Positions 39,139 through 52,539 of a stretch of DNA of 64,000 nucleotides are shown one piece after another. Under the pieces are notes generated by a model, which did not search any database, was not told the DNA's origin, and saw nothing but the letters and a program-made list of their open reading frames with translations. The number at the start of each line of letters is the position of its first letter. Within the stretch, counting starts at the first letter, position 1. Source of the stretch: Octopus vulgaris (lineage: Eukaryota); the NCBI GenBank assembly GCA_951406725.2, contig OX597819.1, positions 51,584,001 through 51,648,000 of the forward strand. Reading direction: 5' to 3'. The position numbers and the translations under genes are program-made.

Positions 39139-39214
39139 AAACAAGGAGAGAAAATAAAGAATGTGTAGTGGCTAGCGATCTGCCTATGGATTACACTGAA
39201 CTCCTCTCTTTCTC

Positions 39215-39299
<85 letters not shown>

Positions 39300-39302
<3 letters not shown>

Positions 39303-39335
39303 TCTGTAGAAGAGCGTAGGCTCGAAACGTAAAAG
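39300..39335 (+). ncRNA. Minimal type I hammerhead-like motif, variant core
   Basis: CUUU-CUGUAGA-A-GAGCguagGCUC-GAAACGUA-AAAG; same layout as minimal PLE HHRs (CUGANGA-A-stem-GAAACGUH) but with A6 to U. Confidence 0.6.
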
Positions 39336-39493
39336 ACTTTTTCTATTCCTGAGCGTTATACTAATACATCTGTTTGTTTTGTACACCACCTGTCTTCGTC
39401 TTTTGTTTTTTCGTAAACTCTCCCTATATATATTTATATATATATACATACATACACACACAAACACATACATATGTATATGTATATATATGA

Positions 39494-39542
<49 letters not shown>

Positions 39543-39701
39543 CACACACACACTTACACACATAGGTGCAGACGTGGCTCTTCGGTAAAAAGCTTGCTTC
39601 CTAACCACATAGTTCCAATTTCAATCCCACTGCGTGGCACCTGTCACGTATACCCCATCGGAAACTGCGCAACCGGGTATCGGGTGAGACAATAATGTCC
39701 A

Positions 39702-40063
39702 GGCGTGCTGGCAGAATCGTTAGCACGCTGGGCGAATTGCTTAGCGGCACTTCGTCTGCCGCTACGTTCTGAGTTCAAATTCCGCCGAGGTCGACTTTGC
39801 CTTTCATCCTAAGTACCAGTTACGCACTGGTGTCGATATAATCGACTTAATCCGTTTGTCTGTTCTTGTCTATCCTCTGTGTTTAGCCCCTTGTGGGTGG
39901 TAAAGAAATAGGTATTTGGTCTGTCTTTATGTTCTAACTCCACCGAGGTTGACTTTGCCTTTCATCCTTTCGGGGTCGATTAAATAAGTACCAGTTACGC
40001 ACTGGAGTCGATCTAATCGACTGAAACTCTTTGTCGTTGTTTGTCCCCTTTACGTCCAGAAAT
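39702..40063 (+). mobile_element. SINE family B with duplicated 3' module (SINE A head fragment at 39563-39640)
   Basis: ggcgtgctggcagaatcgttagc...gagttcaaattccgccgaggtcgac; module repeated at ~39940. Confidence 0.9.
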
Positions 40064-40611
40064 AATGTCCAAGTGTTGATCATTATGAAAGGTTCTATTT
40101 GTATCAAATTATCGGATCGACTGTGTGAGTGTTTTGTTGTATGGACGTAAAATAAACGAAAGTCAGTTGGAGAGGTTTTACGTGTCGTTTAGGGCAAGGC
40201 TTAATCACACTCGTCTTGCTTGAGAATTATATTATTCATAGAAACGTATGTGGAATACTCCGCTGTTTATTTAATAATAGTTTCAATTTCATAGTAAATA
40301 GGCCAGAAATTTCAGAGAAGTCTGTTTAATTTGTCGTTGATCTCGCCCTTGTGCATTATTTTATTGACGCCAAAGAGTTGAAAGGTGAAGGTGAATTGGC
40401 GGGATTTGTAAACACAATTTAACAATAACCAAATAAAAACAAATTTACAATAAACAAATAACACAAGGTATTCTGTTCGATAATCTACTGGTCGACACAC
40501 TACTTAATCTGCCATGTCTACGCCTTTAGTCTTTTATGCAGAATAAGCAGGATAGGCAGTTTCATTGATTGCAGAGCTACAACATCCAGCCACCACCAGC
40601 TATCATCCACG

Positions 40612-40687
<76 letters not shown>

Positions 40688-40789
40688 GATATATGTATAT
40701 GCGTACATTAATGCATGTGTATTTATGATACACATATATGCATCCATCCATACATACATACATACATGTATGCATGTATGTATGTAAAG

Positions 40790-41113
40790 ACCCCATTTCA
40801 GCCATGAATAACTATGGGATTGCCCCTAGAAAGCTCCCTTCCGAGGCACAAGTCTGGGCAAGACTGTTTATGGAAGACCAACAGTTATCCATGCATACCA
40901 GCCTCCCCTCACTATGTCACCGATGTTATCTAAGCGAAAGGCAAACGCCGATACAAATTGGCACCAGTGACATCGCAACTCATTTCTAAAGCTGAGTGAA
41001 CCGGAACAAAGTGAAATAAAGTGACTTGCTCAAGAACACACCACACAACTGGTCTGAGAATCGAACTTACTACCTCACGATTGTGAGCCCGATTCTCTAG
41101 CTATACACCTTCA
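40790..41113 (-). mobile_element. tRNA-derived SINE, D-like head + distinct tail
   Basis: Minus: aagttcgattctcagacc...gtgttcttgagcaagtcactttatttcac...cactcagc...aaatgag followed by a 3' region unlike tails 1-3. Confidence 0.75.
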
Positions 41114-41376
41114 CATGTATGAATGTATGTATGCATGCATGTATGTATATTCACAGCGCATGCTCCATGTGTGCAACATTGATCGGCATATCTTTAAGTA
41201 CAGATGACACATAGATCAGTCAATGAGTTCAACCAACAGTGTCAACATTATATGCATCAATGCACCTAACAACGCCTGATTTTAATAAGCACCAGGCTCG
41301 AAATTTCATTCGATATAGCAGCGTTTTAACATCCATGACACATCTGCTACCCTCTCGCCTTATGTGTGCGTTTATA

Positions 41377-41600
41377 TTACTCTTTTACTTGTTTCAGTCA
41401 TTTGACTGTGGCCACGCTGGAGCACCGTCTTTAGTCGAGCAAATCGACACTAGGACTTATTCTTTGTAAGCCTAGTACCTATTCTATCGGGCTCTTTTGC
41501 CGAACCGCCAAGTTACGGGGACGTAAACATAGACACACAAACATATATACACACATACACACACAACACACACACACACACACATACACACACACACACG

Positions 41601-41650
<50 letters not shown>

Positions 41651-42090
41651 CGTATATACGACGGGCTTCTTTCAGTTTCCATCTACCAAATCCCCTCACA
41701 AGGCTTCGGTCGGCCCGAGGCTATAGTACAAGATATTTCCCCCAAGCTGCCATGCAGTGGGACTGAACCCGAAGTCATGTGGTTGGTAAGCAAGCTACTT
41801 ACCACGCAGCCACTCCTACGCCTATATTGGTTACATTCTGAGTTTAAATTCCGTCGAGGTCGACTTTGCCTTTCATCTTTTCGGGATCGATGAAATAAGT
41901 ACCAGTTACGCACTGGGGCCGAAGAAATCAACTTACCGCCTACTCGAAATTTCTGCCCTTGTGCGAGGTCGACTTTACATTTCATTCTTTAGGGATCGAT
42001 AAAATAAGTACCAGTTGATGTCTGAGGTCGGTAAAAATGACTTACCCCGCCCCCCCCCGAAATTGCTGGCCTTCTGCCAAAATTTGAAAC
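41377..42090. mobile_element. SINE A full length (-; 41377-41822) back-to-back with SINE B fragments (+; 41835-42090)
   Basis: Family motif matches. Confidence 0.9.
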
Positions 42091-42186
42091 CATTATAATT
42101 ATTATTAATCAATTAGTATACCAATTAATAAATGATTTAAAATTTCGATGGAGTGGGTAAGTCGATTACATTATAATAATTGCATT

Positions 42187-42257
<71 letters not shown>

Positions 42258-42774
42258 TTTATAACTGAGATAATGACCTTCTCGAGAGACAACAAAATCT
42301 GTTTCATCACACGAGTTCATGTTAAGAATCTTGCAAATGAACTGCAAAATCGAAACGTATGAAAACTGCTCTTCTTCATTTAGATGCCTTTTATTCTTGC
42401 AATAAACAGAACTGTCCTCAACCACAGGTAAAGTAGGTCATGCGTATTCAAGCACAAAAAATATCACCGCAGCCCCTATAAACATCACGTGATTCAAATC
42501 TGTTGAAATTCCATGGGAAATACCTTTTATTTGTCTTGTTTTTCTTTTTATCTATGTTTTTTTTCTTTTTTTATGCTACATCTTTTTCATCTCATTCTTC
42601 TTCTCTAATGCCTCCATTTTCGTTTTTCTTTTTTTTTATCTTTGCTTGAATATTTTCGTTGTTGCCTTTTCTCTTTTTTCTGTCTTCTTCATCATCATCA
42701 TTATCATCATCACCACCACGTTGTCATCTTTTCTTCTTCAGTTCCTTCTTCTCTTGTAACTACTACTACTACTA

Positions 42775-42818
<44 letters not shown>

Positions 42819-42894
42819 TCTTCTTCTCCTTCTCCTTCTCCTTCTCCTTCTTCTTCTTTTTCTACTTCTTTATTATTCTCCTCTTTCTCCTCCC

Positions 42895-42951
<57 letters not shown>

Positions 42952-43642
42952 TTTCTTTTTTATATTCCGCCTCTTCTTTCCCCTCTTTCAATTTCTTTAA
43001 TTCTTATCTTTTCCTTTTCTTTTCATTTTCCCGTACTTCTCATGTTTTTTCTTCTCTTCTCTTCTCTTCTCTTTTATTTTCCCTTTCTCTCCTCCTCCCC
43101 CTCCTTTCCTTCACTCTTTCATCCTTTTGCCCACGTGTGTAACCAATAGGTGGGTCGCCAAATATACTTTCGCGGTCACCTGATTACAATCAATCGGCAG
43201 ATGTTTATATAAAAACACGCTTCAGTAACTACAACGTCAGTCATCTGCGAACAGAAGAAGTGTAACTCAGAGCAGAATATTCCACACAAAAAATATTGTC
43301 TATTTCTTTAGAAGGTTCAGTCTCACTGAGCGGCACCTTGGGCAAGTGTCTTCTACAATGGCCCGGAGCAATTGTGGGGGAATTCGATGGAATTTGATGG
43401 ACAGACACACTACCCTTGCCAACACATCATACACGCGCGCGCGCGCGCGTGTGTGTATGTGTGTGAGTGTGTGTGTGTGTGTGTTTCTGACTGTGATTGT
43501 TCCAAAACTGTTTGACAAGACAACTGGTGTTGGTTTGTTTACGATCTCGTAATATAGCGGTTCGGCAAAAGAGCCCTAGCTTTGAAAACAAAACAAGCAA
43601 AAAAAATACTACTACTACAACTACTACTATTACTACTACTAC

Positions 43643-43721
<79 letters not shown>

Positions 43722-43744
43722 ACTACTACTACTACTACAACTAC

Positions 43745-43775
<31 letters not shown>

Positions 43776-44207
43776 AAGAAGAAGAAGAAGAAGAAGAAGA
43801 AGAAGAAGAAGAAGAAGAAGAAGAAGAAGAAGAAGAAGAAGAAGAAGAAGAAGAAGAAGAAGAAGGATGCCTTGATGCAGTACCAGGCAGTGGCTCTGAT
43901 GGCTTCTGATCTTAACTGATGGGAAATATTATCAATGGGCTAGAGCAAATATTCTGCTCAAATATTCAGTTGTTTGACCATAGGCAGTTGAGAATGTCTC
44001 GTAGTGGCTGACGATATGTGCATCTCTGATCTCGAGCAGAAATAGTGGGGGAGCATCATAGCCAAATGTTCTCTGAAAACATGAGTGTTTCGTTCAACAT
44101 ACTTAAACAACCTTTATTCAGGGACCTTTTGACCAGAAAAGGCTGCTCAACCTGGAGAAAATTGTAACTGGGCCCCACCTGCAAGGTCATGCGTTATTAA
44201 TCTTGGT

Positions 44208-44842
44208 CGAGAAAGGGATCAGTCTGGTTACAGAGAAGAAGCGAAGAGCAAATTTCATATCTGCGCTTTTTCTGATTTTCATTCAAATCGTGTGGTAACC
44301 ATTTGCCGAGCTTTTTTTGATTTTCAGATATCATGCAAATGGTTGCAGGCAGTTTTCTGGTTAACTTGAAGTTCTTTTGCCAAGTTTGGAGTGGTTTTAC
44401 GTGGATCTTTCTGTATGACGGTCTTTAATTGACCGTCATCGATGACAGGTGGGCGTCCACACCCTCACGATCTTCAAGGCTCAGGTCTTCACTGCAAAAT
44501 CGTTTAAACCATTTTTGAGCTGACCACTCACTGGTCATTTCCTCACCAAAAGTTTCGTTGATATCGTGAACAATTTCAGTTGCTTTTTACATCCTTTTTT
44601 GAAGTTGAATAGCAATATTGCTTGAATATCATGCTTTGACAGTTCCATTTCAGATGATTGTAAAATGGATGGAAAAAAAAAAAAAAAAAACAATGTTAAT
44701 TTAATGATGCATTTGGGCAAGCCTATGTCTGTATTATCAGACAATTGCAAAGAAATGTTTAAAAAGAGTTCGAATCTCTACAAAAATCCTGTAAAAATTC
44801 CTCACGGTTCAAAACGTTGCTTACTTATTACTCAGCCTCATA
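44208..44842 (-). mobile_element. Mariner (Hsmar1/cecropia-like) 5' half, frameshifted
   Basis: MELSKHDIQAILLFNFKKG...INETFGEE...KWFKRF...LED...GRPPVIDDGQLK...KDPRKTT...WLPHDLNENQK; terminus gaggctgagtaataagtaagcaacgtttt. Confidence 0.9.
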
Positions 44843-45066
44843 TAAAGGTTAAACTGTCATTAAGGAATCCCAAGTTAACTCGCCGAAGATATAATTTGAA
44901 ACGAGAATGTAACCTTCATATAACTAAGATATGTTCGGCCTGATTTGTAGCTAACTGAGTAACATGCATTGGTTAATTATTATTACATCAGAGGACCTGC
45001 TAGCTAGGAAACATATGTAGCCTTAATTTTACCTGCGGCACTTCCTCAATCTGGATTTGTATGCAT

Positions 45067-45125
<59 letters not shown>

Positions 45126-45166
45126 TGTGTGTGTGTGTATGTGTGTGTGCATATAAACTCAAATAC

Positions 45167-45211
<45 letters not shown>

Positions 45212-45242
45212 TTAAGTATGCAAACATACACACCCCACACTT

Positions 45243-45285
<43 letters not shown>

Positions 45286-45461
45286 CACATACATACATAT
45301 ATACAAGCATATATAGAGAGACAAATGGATATGCACGCATTGTTATGCTATTATAGGAAACAGCTGAATAGACATACGCAAACAGAATATCAAAGGCACT
45401 CCGTCATCCAAACGTTGGCAAATAGATTAACAAGTACACTCACGTGCAAACACATACATAT

Positions 45462-45531
<70 letters not shown>

Positions 45532-45589
45532 ATTCATGCATACAAACATAACATACATATATTCATACGTCACATATACATACACATAC

Positions 45590-45621
<32 letters not shown>

Positions 45622-45790
45622 GCATACATACATAACATACATACATCTTCATACATAACACATATATGTAAATACAGACAGGCATAATAACACGTATATG
45701 CATGGGCGCTAAGCAGTAACTTTTTGGGAGTTCACATATAAGTTCATTGAAACACACACTCACATACATACACACACACACACGCGCGCG

Positions 45791-45831
<41 letters not shown>

Positions 45832-46020
45832 ACATGAAGTTATATACTCTGATATATGCACACGCTGACACACATTGAACATAATGTTACCAGATGTCAC
45901 CCAACCATCACTTAATAAATAGGCAAATGTTATTATATTTGTAAACAGCAAACCACAAAAAAGCAAGTCTCTTGCGATATCAAAGTGCCAAGCCCATCCC
46001 TCTTCAGCACTTAACGTACG

Positions 46021-46119
<99 letters not shown>

Positions 46120-46128
46120 ATATTTATG

Positions 46129-46175
<47 letters not shown>

Positions 46176-46539
46176 ATGTATGTATATATATTTATGTATA
46201 TATATATATATATATAAATAAATATATATATACATACATGCATACATACATATATACACATATATAAAGAGATAGATAGAAATGTGACTGTGTGTATCCA
46301 TCTGGTGCTTACTGTCTATGAATAATGTATTTAACATCATTAGCTACATCTTTATCATCATTCTAATTGTCGTCATCATCACCATAATCATCATCATCAT
46401 CATCGTCCTCATCTTCATCATTATCGTCATCATCATCGTCATCATCATCATCATCATCATCATTATCGTCATGACTAATACCTCAGCATCAGAACGTTCA
46501 ACACCAGCGCCAATTTCGTCGGCATCATCGTCGTCGTCG

Positions 46540-46670
46540 TCGTCATCGTTGTCGTCGTCATCGTTGTCGTCGTCATCGTTGTCGTCGTCATCGTTGTCGT
46601 CGTCATCGTTGTCGTCGTCATCGTTGTCGTCGTCATCGTTGTCGTCGTCATCGTTGTCGTCGTCATCGTC
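46540..46670 (+). repeat. 15-bp tandem repeat (tcatcgttgtcgtcg)n, ~8 copies
   Basis: Directly visible. Confidence 0.95.
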
Positions 46671-46851
46671 GTCGTCACCACCACCACCCACCACCCGTAG
46701 CTATTGTAAACCACCACGTCAACATCAGCCATCAAATGATGCTAGTCATTAGAAAGCAGAACCGGATACAACAACAAGTGAACCTTACTACGCTGGAGGA
46801 AGGTTTGCATACGTCATTCGGTACATCACACCTAGGTTATACATACATAGT

Positions 46852-47249
46852 GGAGGCGCAATGGCCCTGTGATTAAGGCAGCGGACTTGCATTCGTATGA
46901 CCGCAATTTCGATTCCCATACCGGCCGTTGTGTTTATTGAGCGAAAACACCCAAAGATCCACGAGACTCCGGCAGGGGGTGGTGGCGAACCTTGCTGTAC
47001 TCTTTCACTACAACTTTTTCTCTATCTTTCTTCCTGTCTCTGTTGTACCTGTATTTCAAAGGGTCAGCCTTGTCACACTGTGTCACGCTGAATCTCCGCG
47101 AGAACTATATGTATGTAACTCGAGAACCCCGAATTAAGGGTACACGTGTCCGTGGAGTGCTCCATCCCTTGCATGTGATTTCACAAGCAGGCTCTTCCGT
47201 TCATTGGATCAACAGGAACCCTCGTCGTCGTAACCGACGGAGTGCCACA
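46852..47249 (+). mobile_element. tRNA-derived SINE, head C + tail 3
   Basis: ggaggcgcaatggccctgtgattaaggcagcggac...tttcgattccc...gtttattgagcgaaaacacc; 3' part gttgtacctgtatttcaaaggg...gtaaccgacggagtgccac differs from other copies. Confidence 0.85.
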
Positions 47250-47336
47250 AATGTATATATACACACATACATACGTGAATGCGTGCATACAAACATACGT
47301 ACATACATACATATATACATACATATGTGTGTAGAT

Positions 47337-47406
<70 letters not shown>

Positions 47407-47433
47407 CAGATAGATAGATAGATAGATAGATAG

Positions 47434-47502
<69 letters not shown>

Positions 47503-47503
47503 C

Positions 47504-47685
47504 ATGGGTGTGTGATGAGAAGCTTGCTTCCCAACCACATGGTTCTGGGTTCAGTCCCATTGCGTGACACCTTGCGCAAATGTCTTCTTTAGCCTCGGCC
47601 TCGAGCCGACCTAAGCCTTGTGAGTGGACATGGTAGACGGAAACAGAAAGACGCCTGTCATATACATATATGTATATATTTGTGT

Positions 47686-47745
<60 letters not shown>

Positions 47746-47893
47746 CTGCGTTTGTCTCCCTGCCATCGTTTGACAACCGATGTTGGTGTTTAAGTCACTG
47801 TAACTTAGCGGTCCGGCAAAAGAGACCAATAGAATAAGTTCTAGGCTTACAAATAATGAATTCTGCGGTCGATTTGTTCGACCATAATCCTTT
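47504..47893 (+). mobile_element. SINE family A (a more degenerate copy at ~43300-43590)
   Basis: agcttgcttcccaaccacatggttctgggttcagtccc...gtaacttagcggtccggcaaaagagacc. Confidence 0.88.
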
Positions 47894-48922
47894 ACAAATT
47901 AAAAAATATCTTTGTTGTTTTTGTAAAATCTCAGAAAATAATTAAAAATTCACATTTTTTATCAAATTATTTTGTTATACTTGTCTATCTATCCAACTGT
48001 AAACATTTTAAATATTTCACTAACTTTTTGTTATAACTTGGTACATACTCTTATGTACTTACATAAATACTTACGTATGTATGTATGTACGTATGTATGT
48101 TGCGTGGTCGGGTTTTCGACGACTAAACTGGGCTTGCCTGGTGAGGAGGGTTGCTAGAAACCGTGCAGGAATACAAGACGTGTCGAAAAGACGGATGAAC
48201 ACGGTGCAGATTCAAAGACTATGTGGCAATAGCACAGTTCCTCAGAAATTTCGTGATGGTGGCGAGCATACTTGATGATCGCTGAGAACGAGGCACACCT
48301 CAGCTTTTGGTAAAGCATCTCTCTGGGAGAAGATCACGCTGATATAAAATCGGAAATGCAACGAATAGCATTGAACATTTTGGGCATCGTTTTCTTGCAC
48401 TTGGATCGTGCCGCCTCCATATTATTGGATCTGTGACCCATATTGGCGCTGAATATCTTGCCCTAGATTTTCTCTGGATTATGTCCATATGGTAGAGAGG
48501 GTCTGTGAGGTGTTATGCAATCTTTATTGGACCTAAAATTGTAGATCTCCGGCGAGGCGACTTTCCGAAATCTTCCCGAGTAAAATGGTGCCGTGGCGAC
48601 CTTTGACGGTGCAGACGTAAATCTGGGTGAAGTTGACCGCTGGTGCAATAACCTTATACACATGCATTGCTGACATTTTGCATGGGCAATGGTCAGTGAT
48701 GGTCTTTCTTAGTTACGAGTAGATAGTTATCATGTATGTGTATATAGCAGAGACGTTGGTCAGGTTCCAGGATAAAGAGGCGTGGTGATGAAGATGAGGA
48801 AGATAGTGGCAGTGGTGGCGATGGTGCCGATAGATGTGGTAGAATGGCAGTATTTTCATGACAGATGATGATAACGCTGCTGCTGCTGATGGTGATGATG
48901 ATGAATCTGATGATGATGAAGG

Positions 48923-48996
<74 letters not shown>

Positions 48997-49239
48997 GTGA
49001 TGACTTGAGGAAAAAATATGTGCGGATGCTGCTGCTGTTGCTACTGGCGCTCCTGTTGTTGGTGGTGAGATGATAACGACGACGACGACGACGACGACGA
49101 TGATGATGATGATGATGACGATGACGGGGAGGAGGAAGAGGAAACGACGACAGCGGAGTCGATAATGATGATAATGACGATAATGAAGATGTTGATATGA
49201 CAATTATCAACAATGCTGATATATATTTGTGATATACAC

Positions 49240-49307
<68 letters not shown>

Positions 49308-49391
49308 GAGTGTGTGTGTGCGTAAATATATATGTGTGTATGTATGTATGTGTATATATATACTATGCATATATATGTGTATATATATATG

Positions 49392-49481
<90 letters not shown>

Positions 49482-49518
49482 CATTCATACTTATATGTAT
49501 ATATATGCATATATATGC

Positions 49519-49567
<49 letters not shown>

Positions 49568-49575
49568 CATATATA

Positions 49576-49970
49576 GGAGTGGCTTGTGGTAAGTAGCTTG
49601 CGAACCAACCACATGCTTCCGGTTCAGTCCCACTGCGTGGCATCTTGGGCAAATGTCTTCTGCTATAGCTCCGGGCCGACCAATGCCTTGTGAGTGGATT
49701 TGGTAGATGGAAACTGAAAGAAGCCTGTCGTATATATGTATATATATATATGTATGTGTGTGTATGTGTTTGTGTGTCTGTGTTGTCCCCCTAGCATTGC
49801 TTGACAACCGATAATGGTGTGTTTACGTCTCCGTCAATTAGCGGTTCGGCAAAAGAACCGATAGAATAAGTACTGGGCTTACAAAGAATAAGTCCCGGGG
49901 TCGATTTGCTCGACGAAAGGCGGTGCTCCAGCATGGCCGCAGTCAAATGACTGAAACAAGTAAAAGAGAG
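49576..49970 (+). mobile_element. SINE family A, near full length
   Basis: ggagtggcttgtggtaagtagc...aaggcggtgctccagcatggccgcagtcaaatgactgaaacaagtaaaagag. Confidence 0.92.
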
Positions 49971-51260
49971 AAAAGATATATATATATATATATATATATA
50001 TATCTGTGTGTGTGTGTGTGTGTGGCAGAGTAAATGAAGCCATGGCGACTGAAGAAATGGAATTTTCCTTGTGTTATTTGTCCTGTACTCTATTTCTTCG
50101 TTGTTTAAGAAAAATGTCCAGTTCCTTGGTTTTGTGTTTATGTTTTCATTTCTCATTGTGTTCGACGTTTTTTTTTTTGTTGTTTTTGTACCCATATATG
50201 CATGTATATATACATGTAGAGGTAGGTACGTACATATATGTATGTATGTATATATGCATATGTTTTATTTATTAATTTATATATATATATATATATATAT
50301 CGTTCTCACTCCTCGTCACCACTTCCACTACCCAATCCTTCTATCTTTCATTTTACACTCCTATTTTATATCCTGTTTGCATTACATCGGTATGTCATGT
50401 ACAATACCAGCTTGTGGTGAGCAATAACTCCCCCCACCTGCTCAAGCCACTCCCCAGCCTATCCACCCAATACTCTCTTTCCCACCGTGATATAATCACA
50501 AAACTATACTGGGTGGGAAGGGTCATATGATCCGTTGGTTTTTACAATAAATATAAAATAATGTTTTTCATAGTACATTTATGTATACACATACATACAT
50601 ACATACATACGTACGTACGTACGTAGGTACATGCGTATATACATACATACATACATACATACATACATACATACATACATACATACATACATACATACAT
50701 ACATACATACATACATACATACATAGCTTGTGAGTGCGTGAGAAAATACTGAACGATTCAAAGATTAAACGATAGATAGGTATTGCTTACATATAAAAAT
50801 AGACACAAACGCACGCACACACAAAAACACACATACACACATATATAAGCACATATGCTCTTATATACATACATAATACATATATATTAAGCGCTCATTC
50901 ATACAATGCATATGTACATAAAAGCATAAGTACATGCGTGCATTCATATATACACATACATACACATATATACATACACATACATTCGTTACATACGTGC
51001 AGGACAATAGAGGTACATGCTAAAGAATATTACTGAAATAATAAAATAGCAACATCAACCAAATTAAAATGCAACCGACCGGATATTTTACCCTCTAAGA
51101 GCAATTACGTATATCATTATTCATGCGTACAAAATATGATGCGCTAAGAGTAGAAGGTGGTTTATAAAACGTGTATGATAAGACAAAAAAGTAACATATA
51201 AAAAAAGGCGTTTTACATAAAAGTGGACAAATTTTTTAAATTGGTGGGAACACAAGATTT

Positions 51261-51824
51261 TTCCAGCAGTGAAAGAAGAGGGAGAGAGAGATCAGCCGAC
51301 ATTTTAGATATCCACTAACATAACAAATACGATATCACGATACCTCTCCTTTGCCTGATCCGGTAATACATTAGGTATCATCTAAAATGTTGGAATGTGT
51401 CTTGTGCAGATTTGTGGGGCTCTTACATCACATTCACTATTGTAGACCCGCACACAATCCAACGTGCATCAGTAATGTGAATCCAGTGGCCCTCCTCGAG
51501 CAGTAACTAGCGGTATATTTATAAGAATATAAGCGGTATATTTCCAGCAGTGAAAGAAGAGGGAGAAGAGATCAGCCGGAATTTTAGATATCCTGTGCTA
51601 CATTATCCACTAACATAACAAATACGATATCACGATACCTCTCCTTTGCCTGATCCGGCAATACAGTAGGTATCATCTAGAACGTTGGAATGTGTCTTGT
51701 GCAGATTTGTGGGGTTCTTACATCACATTCACTATTGTAGACCCGCACCACAATCCAGCGTGCATCAGTAATGTGAACCCAGTTGCCCTCTTCGAGCACT
51801 AACTAACGGTATATTTATAAGAAT
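51261..51824 (+). repeat. 281-bp tandem duplication, 2 copies
   Basis: ttccagcagtgaaagaagaggga...cggtatatttataagaat at 51261 and 51542. Confidence 0.95.
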
Positions 51825-52168
51825 TAGTCTAGACACTTACTGAAACCAAGCCACTCAATCGGCGCATAAACAGCTACTTGTCGGAAGGCACAGTTTTTGC
51901 TGCTGTAAAGCTACCGACTTACCACCTTAGCCTACGTATAACATCCGTGCCACGAAATCCAGACATTTCAGAAACAACGTTATCCACTCTGTTAAATTTA
52001 TGCTAACAGATGCGTACACAGTGGAGGAAATGCGAGAGACGATGTGCATTAAATCCTAATTTTCCTGATTAGGCCACCATACGCATTTATTGAACCTGAT
52101 GCCATTAGGCAAATGACTTTGCTTTTAGACCGACTCGGAGCCAGATGCATGCGTAGAATAAACACATA

Positions 52169-52537
52169 TTACCTCCGCCTTAACGAAGGCAGAGGTATTG
52201 TTTTCGGTTGTATTTGTTTATTCGCGGACAAGATATCTCAAGAACCTCTGAATGGATCCGGATGAAACTTTCAGGGATGCTTGGTCTCGTGACTGGCACG
52301 AACTGATTAGACTTTGAGATCGATTCGTACCAGACAGGGATTCTGGATTATTTTTGCAGTTGTTTTTTTTTTTTACTCAATTTTTGAGAGCGGTTGGGTT
52401 CATATTTAGCATTCTCGTTTGTGAGAGCAGTCAAGTTTATTTCAGATATTCTCATTTTAAAAGTCATTTCTGGCTAATTGTTGAGAGAACGTTGGTGTTG
52501 CTTTGGCGAAGGTTTGCGCTCTTTGAGTGCTCTTGTT
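52169..52537 (+). mobile_element. Non-autonomous Helentron-type element (HINE/DINE-like)
   Basis: 5' tt-acctccgcc with local inverted copy ggcagaggt; 3' sub-terminal inverted repeat ggcgaaggt followed by hairpin gcgctc-ttt-gagtgc and cttgtt end. Confidence 0.7.
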
Positions 52538-52539
52538 AC

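Larger units (their letters stand above)
39008..39425. mobile_element. Divergent inverted pair of HHR-bearing mini-elements (family P) around (CT)n(TA)n
   Basis: 39008-39185 (-) and 39298-39425 (+) are reverse-complement homologues. Confidence 0.85.

Noticed and set aside
42256-42430. Unique island with a plus-strand cag/gtaaag donor
   Set aside because: No consistent open frame or partner exons found
44065-44125. HHR-like CTGAATA...GAAAC on the minus strand in the unclassified repeat 43865-44200
   Set aside because: Core lacks G8 and no stem I can be formed
48713-49807. 364-aa longest ORF
   Set aside because: Runs through a SINE and several microsatellites
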